From Nannocystales bacterium (GTDB lineage Bacteria; Myxococcota_A; Polyangia; Nannocystales; Nannocystaceae), in assembly GCA_050633305.1 (NCBI GenBank), contig JBOEGF010000010.1, positions 800,001 to 864,000 on the forward strand: a stretch of 64,000 nt of DNA. The letters run 5' to 3'. The notes under the pieces are model-generated. The model had not been told where the DNA came from and did not search any database. It saw only the letters and a program-made list of their open reading frames with translations. Both the position numbers and the translations under genes were made by a program. Shown here one piece after another: positions 59,561-64,000 of this stretch. The stretch's first letter is position 1; every line of letters starts with the position of its first letter.

Positions 59561-59589
59561 AGGCTAGCTGGAGGCGGGCGGTGGGTCAA
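59561..59589 (-). promoter_or_regulatory. sigma70-type promoter of tRNA-Val
   Basis: TTGACC-17 nt-TAGCCT on the minus strand. Confidence 0.6.
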
Positions 59590-59605
59590 CCCGCAGGGGC
59601 CAGAT

Positions 59606-60118
59606 TCACAACTCGCCAACGCAGCGCAGAACGGTGCGTTGGGCGTCCGGGAGGGCGCTCAGGTGCGACGACAGGCTGGCTCCGGCGAGGACCAGGTTCG
59701 GTCGCAGGTCCACCATGGGGGTGAGCACGAAGTCTCGCTCGAGCATGGACGGGTGCGGAAGGCGGCACCGCGGATCCTCGCTGAGAGCGGGCGTCTCCTC
59801 CCCGGGTGCGAAGAACAGCAGCAGGTCCAAGTCCAAGGTTCGAGCGTCCCAGCGAACGCGTCGTTCGCGTCCATGTGCGCGTTCGATGTCGTGAAGAACC
59901 TCGAGAAGCGTGAGTGAATCGAGTCCGGTCTGGACCCGGAGTGCGGCGTTCAAGAACGGTCGCTCCGAGGGGCCGACCGGGGTCGTTTCGTACACCTTCG
60001 AGCGAGGACCGACGTCGATGGCCGGGCGCGCCTGTAGTTGGGTCACCGCGCTGCGCAGGGTCGCGAGCCGGTCACCAAGGTTTCCGCCGAGGGCGACGAA
60101 CGCTGTCGCCGAGGTCAC
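59606..60118 (-). CDS. folK: 2-amino-4-hydroxy-6-hydroxymethyldihydropteridine diphosphokinase
   Basis: ALGGNLGD, FLNA, RTLDLDLL and LPHP motifs. Confidence 0.94.
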   Translation of the reverse strand: MTSATAFVALGGNLGDRLATLRSAVTQLQARPAIDVGPRSKVYETTPVGPSERPFLNAALRVQTGLDSLTLLEVLHDIERAHGRERRVRWDARTLDLDLLLFFAPGEETPALSEDPRCRLPHPSMLERDFVLTPMVDLRPNLVLAGASLSSHLSALPDAQRTVLRCVGEL

Positions 60119-61068
60119 GGAGATGCGCTCGGCCGCGGGGGGCCAGGGGAACGAAGCTCTGCGGAGCCGCTTCGCTCGCGTGCGCTAGGGCTGGAGAGCG
60201 GCGCGACAACGGTGAACGTGGCCTCGAGCTCCCCCACGCGCACGGTGGCGGTTGCCTCGACGTCCAAAGGCGGCGGCTGGGGGGCGAGGGCCTCGGGGAC
60301 CTCAGCTTGGGGTTCGTCGGGGACGGCGGAGGTCGGAGACTCGGTCTCGGTCTCGGTCTCGGTCTCGGGCGGGACCGCGGGTGGAGGTTCGGGGAGGGGG
60401 ATCCCCAGCGCGGCCTCCCCGGGGAGGCCAAAGTGCGCGACGCCTTCGAGGTTCGTTTTGGCCGTTGAGGTCCACGACCCGATGGACAGCTCGACCTCGA
60501 CGCCCGTCCGGGGACCGCTCGGAGAGGTACACGGTGTCCTCTCTCCGGTGGTGAGCTGATACGCACGGGTTGTGGCGACGCTGTCGCGGCTGCGCACTGT
60601 GTCGTACGCACCCACGCCGATGAGCCCGGCACCGAGCGCGGTGAAGATGCCGCCCAATCGATAACCCGTCGTCGTGTCTCGAGTTGGGGTGCCGCTGGCG
60701 GTCACGGCTCGGGGAGAGAACGCGTCGGGCTTGATCAAGGCCGCCAAGCCCACCGCGAGAATCGCCGCGCCGGCGCCGTACTCCCAGTACAGCGCGCCAT
60801 GCTTCACCGTGTTGTCGACCGCCTCCACCCGGTCGACGGGCGCGTGCAACACAGCACGACAGGTGCGGGCCTCGTCGAGCTGAATCTCGACCGTGCTCAG
60901 AGACTGCGACCACGCGAGGTTGAGTTCCCGGCTGACGACGCTCTTGGCCTCGCCGAGCCACTTGGGCTCGAGCTCCGGTCGGGGGGTGACGGTGATGGTG
61001 CTGCGGCTGTCGATCTGGGCGCAGCCGCTGCAGACGATCACGGCGGCGGCAAGGAGCGAGCGCCTCAC
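60115..61068 (-). CDS. hypothetical lipoprotein with two internal hydrophobic segments
   Basis: CSGC lipobox; GTGA overlaps with cyaY and folK. Confidence 0.7.
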   Translation of the reverse strand: MRRSLLAAAVIVCSGCAQIDSRSTITVTPRPELEPKWLGEAKSVVSRELNLAWSQSLSTVEIQLDEARTCRAVLHAPVDRVEAVDNTVKHGALYWEYGAGAAILAVGLAALIKPDAFSPRAVTASGTPTRDTTTGYRLGGIFTALGAGLIGVGAYDTVRSRDSVATTRAYQLTTGERTPCTSPSGPRTGVEVELSIGSWTSTAKTNLEGVAHFGLPGEAALGIPLPEPPPAVPPETETETETESPTSAVPDEPQAEVPEALAPQPPPLDVEATATVRVGELEATFTVVAPLSSPSARERSGSAELRSPGPPRPSASP

Positions 61069-61385
61069 AACGACACGGACATCCCAAGCTTCTCGCCGAC
61101 GTACTTGCACACCGTTGCCATCAGCTCGTCGCCCGTTTTCGCGGCGACCCAAGTTTCGGTCGCGGCGTTGTAGTCGAAGTGCCAGGCGTTGCGGTTGGCG
61201 GCCATCCAAACCTGAGTCGCCGCGCTGTGTGCATTGATGACGAACTGAACCCGGTCTTCGAACTCGAGCGTCAACACGTCTCCGGCGAGGTCGACGTCGA
61301 GCGTGTCGTGGTCGAGGTTGACGAGGCCGTCCTCGATGCGCTCGAGGGCAGCAGTGGCGACCTTGACGAACTGGGCACGTTCCAT
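61065..61385 (-). CDS. cyaY: frataxin-family iron donor CyaY
   Basis: GDVLTLEF, VIN, QVWMAA and AWHFDY motifs. Confidence 0.9.
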   Translation of the reverse strand: MERAQFVKVATAALERIEDGLVNLDHDTLDVDLAGDVLTLEFEDRVQFVINAHSAATQVWMAANRNAWHFDYNAATETWVAAKTGDELMATVCKYVGEKLGMSVSL

Positions 61386-61402
61386 CGGGGTCGGACCTTA
61401 GC

Positions 61403-61681
61403 CTACTGCGGGTCCTTCGGCGCTTCGGCGGCGTCGGCGGCTGGCTTGTCCAGGTCCTCGGGGATCTCGACGCCCATCGCTCTCGCTTCGTCGGGGGTTA
61501 CTTCGATCACCTTGAACTCCTTACCGTCGGGTCCCGAGAACGAGCGCACGTTGCCCTTGGGGGCTTCCTGTGGCTGTGGCTGCGGCTCCTTCTTCGCGAA
61601 GAACGCTTGCCACGCGAGGACGCCGATGATGGGCAGGTAGATCCCGAGTCGGATCAAGATGCCCTTACGAGGCAGCTTCAT
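61403..61681 (-). CDS. small membrane protein
   Basis: one N-terminal TM, typical codon usage. Confidence 0.65.
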   Translation of the reverse strand: MKLPRKGILIRLGIYLPIIGVLAWQAFFAKKEPQPQPQEAPKGNVRSFSGPDGKEFKVIEVTPDEARAMGVEIPEDLDKPAADAAEAPKDPQ

Positions 61682-61842
61682 GCCGCGGAGGTTGGCAGCC
61701 TGGCGCGGTGTGGGCAAGGTATGGAACGCGGTACGACCGACCCCTCGGTCCATGTGAGCGTGGTCCGGTCTGCTGGGAGGAGAAAAGGAGCGGGACGCGC
61801 AGCATCGCCCGCCGCCTCACGCACGGTGCGTGTACTGTTGGC

Positions 61843-63654
61843 GTGGTGTCCGCACGGTCTCTTGTGATGCTCGCGCTCCTGGCTGGATGCGCACTTCCTG
61901 CGGTGGATGCGGGGACCGACGGCGGTGGGGTGAACACGGCCGGGCCGGGTACCTCAACAGCGGCGACGTGGACATCCGCAGGGTCTACGGGGGCGGGGGA
62001 CGCCGGCCGTGCAACGACGGGAGGAGGTGTTGCCACCTCCACTTCCAGCTCCACCTCGGGCGTCGAGGAATCGGGGAGCACGAGCGGACCCGCTGCGACG
62101 TCGACGGGCGGTGGGAATGGTGAGGGCGGCAGCACGGGGGAAACCACTCTCGCCGGCGGTGACTCGAGCAGCGGGAGCAGCACTGGAGATGGGCCCGTCG
62201 TCCCCCTCGTGACGGTCTTCGAGTCGTTTACGGAGGCGTCAGGCTTGGACATGCCCCACGACTGCGTCTACGAAGCGCAATACCCACCGGGTATTGGTGC
62301 TCGAGATTTCGACGGCGACGGGCACCAAGACCTGTTGCTGACCAGCTGGGAGAGCCCGAGCCGGCTATGGCTTGGCAATGGGGCCGGTGGCTTCGCCGAG
62401 TCGGCGGGCGGCCCGTTGCTCGTCGAACACACGAGCACGGGCGTTGCCGTCGGCGACTACGACAACGATGGGCAGGCCGATGTGTTCGTCGCGGGGACAA
62501 GCGCGGGGGTTCTTCTGCAAGGCGGTGGCGGTCTGGTCGACGTCACAGACGCTGCGGGTGTGACCTCGAGTATCGACGGGACGGTGGGCGCGTGGGGGGA
62601 CTACGACTCCGATGGCGACCTCGATCTCTTCACGGGGGCCTGGAACGCCGAGACGTTGGTGGGCTCCCAGGAGTTGTTCCGAAACGAAGGCGATGGGACG
62701 TTCACGGACATGAGCGCGACTCTCGAGGTCGCGGCCGCCGGGAGGCCCGTGCTCGCGGCGAGTTTTCTCGACTACGACAACGACGGGGACCCGGACCTCT
62801 ACGTCGTGGTCGACAAGTCGCATGGCAACGTGTTGTGGCGCAACGATGGCCCCGGTTGCGGGGGCTGGTGCTTCACCGACGTGGCCGAAGAAACTGGGTC
62901 TGCGCTCCAGATCAACGGCATGGGGTTGGCGGTCGCCGACTACGACAACGATGGCGACCTCGACCTGTACATGACGGATATTACCGCGGCGTATCTGCTG
63001 CAGAATCAGACCGTGCAGGGCGAACCGGTGTTCGTGGATGTCACCGGAGAGGCCGGGGTTCACATCCCTGGCGTCGGATGGGGCGCGTTCTTCTTCGACT
63101 ACGACAACGACGGGCTGCAGGACCTCTACGTTGCTCAGGGGCAGTACGGGGGCGGGCCTTTCTCCGCGAACATCTTGTTCCACAACCTCGGAGACGGGTC
63201 GTTCGACGGTCTGGGGAGCGTGAGCGGTGCGGTGGACGTCGGGTTCTCGCAAGCGGTGGCGTACGGAGACTTCGACGAGGACGGGTTTTTGGATCTGGTG
63301 GTCGGAAACCGGCAGGACGCCTATGCGCTGTATCGCAACAAGGCCGACTTTGGGACCGACAACAACTGGGTCGAGGTCGAGCTCCTCGGTGCTGCGCCGA
63401 TCACGTCCGATGCTGCGGGCACTCGCGCCTGGGTCTCGACCGAGGACGGTGTGACGCAACTTCAAGAGGTGAAGCTCGGTTCCAGCATGTCCTCGACGAA
63501 CATGCTTCCGCTGCACTTCGGCCTGGGCGGCAACGACGGCGCCGAGCTTTCGGTGCGTTGGCCCAACGGTGAGACCGCAGCGTTCACCCTCCAGGACACG
63601 GACATCAACCAGCGCATCGTGGTGACCTACCCCGGCGCACTCGCACCCAAGTAG
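61843..63654 (+). CDS. CRTAC1/ASPIC-UnbV family FG-GAP repeat lipoprotein
   Basis: LAGC lipobox, repeated DYDNDGDxD motifs, C-terminal LHFGLG...VRWP. Confidence 0.9.
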   Translation: MVSARSLVMLALLAGCALPAVDAGTDGGGVNTAGPGTSTAATWTSAGSTGAGDAGRATTGGGVATSTSSSTSGVEESGSTSGPAATSTGGGNGEGGSTGETTLAGGDSSSGSSTGDGPVVPLVTVFESFTEASGLDMPHDCVYEAQYPPGIGARDFDGDGHQDLLLTSWESPSRLWLGNGAGGFAESAGGPLLVEHTSTGVAVGDYDNDGQADVFVAGTSAGVLLQGGGGLVDVTDAAGVTSSIDGTVGAWGDYDSDGDLDLFTGAWNAETLVGSQELFRNEGDGTFTDMSATLEVAAAGRPVLAASFLDYDNDGDPDLYVVVDKSHGNVLWRNDGPGCGGWCFTDVAEETGSALQINGMGLAVADYDNDGDLDLYMTDITAAYLLQNQTVQGEPVFVDVTGEAGVHIPGVGWGAFFFDYDNDGLQDLYVAQGQYGGGPFSANILFHNLGDGSFDGLGSVSGAVDVGFSQAVAYGDFDEDGFLDLVVGNRQDAYALYRNKADFGTDNNWVEVELLGAAPITSDAAGTRAWVSTEDGVTQLQEVKLGSSMSSTNMLPLHFGLGGNDGAELSVRWPNGETAAFTLQDTDINQRIVVTYPGALAPK

Positions 63655-63666
63655 GGGGCCGCGCAC

Positions 63667-63698
63667 AAAAAAGCGCGGAAGCTCGAGGCTTCCACGCT
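63667..63698 (-). terminator. intrinsic terminator
   Basis: agcgcggaagc/gcttccacgct stem with a T6 tail on the minus strand. Confidence 0.65.
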
Positions 63699-63751
63699 CG
63701 TCGGCTGGATTCCGCTGCCTGGAGGCGCCGGAATCCGAGACCGCTACTCGA

Positions 63752-64000
63752 CTACGGAGCCGGGCATGCGCTCGTTGCCGGGATCATGCAGGCTGTGCCG
63801 TCGGTCGTGGTCGTGAACGCGCCGTCGTTGCAGCCCGCCGTGAAGGCCGTGTTGCCGTCGATGCTCGAGATTCCCATCGTCGCGCTTCCCAAACCAGGGG
63901 CGTTCGGGCCGAATACCGAGACTGCCTCGCCGGTCGTCGGGTAGAGGACCAGGTTCAAGTCGAACACGTTCGCCGTGTTCCACTGGTTGATTCCGTTCCA
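63752..64000 (-). CDS. C-terminal part of a probable secreted protein (truncated by the window edge)
   Basis: frame open from 64000 to the stop at 63752, followed by a terminator. Confidence 0.6.
   Translation of the reverse strand, partial: WNGINQWNTANVFDLNLVLYPTTGEAVSVFGPNAPGLGSATMGISSIDGNTAFTAGCNDGAFTTTTDGTACMIPATSACPAP

Overview
A high-GC bacterial chromosome segment. It is most likely from Myxococcota of the Nannocystaceae type, inferred from the MYXO-CTERM protein, many Ser/Thr/Gly-spacer and Cys-rich lipoproteins, vWA lipoproteins, a kinase-ATPase fusion and ECF modules. It holds about 60 CDS. Housekeeping genes include rsmH-ftsL-ftsI, ribA, lysA, mug, mtnA, dinB, orn, folK and cyaY, and they are interleaved with many uncharacterised envelope proteins. 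There are three tRNA genes (Lys-CTT, Asn-GTT, Val-TAC) and two ECF sigma/anti-sigma modules. No CRISPR array, rRNA, transposase, integrase or phage gene was seen. The main candidates for follow-up are: (1) a probable transcript made of a ~270-nt extensively pairable leader with a tRNA-like 3' end, followed by two non-canonical tRNAs (52955-53417); (2) a dinB-linked beta-barrel/ECF/anti-sigma/lipoprotein module carrying a perfect hexamer microsatellite; (3) a ~900-bp hairpin-rich intergenic region between ribA and lysA; (4) a Fic protein lacking the catalytic His; (5) a split dcw cluster; (6) a tandem-domain flavoenzyme; and (7) two small gene remnants. All calls come from motif reading by eye, and start codons are best estimates.
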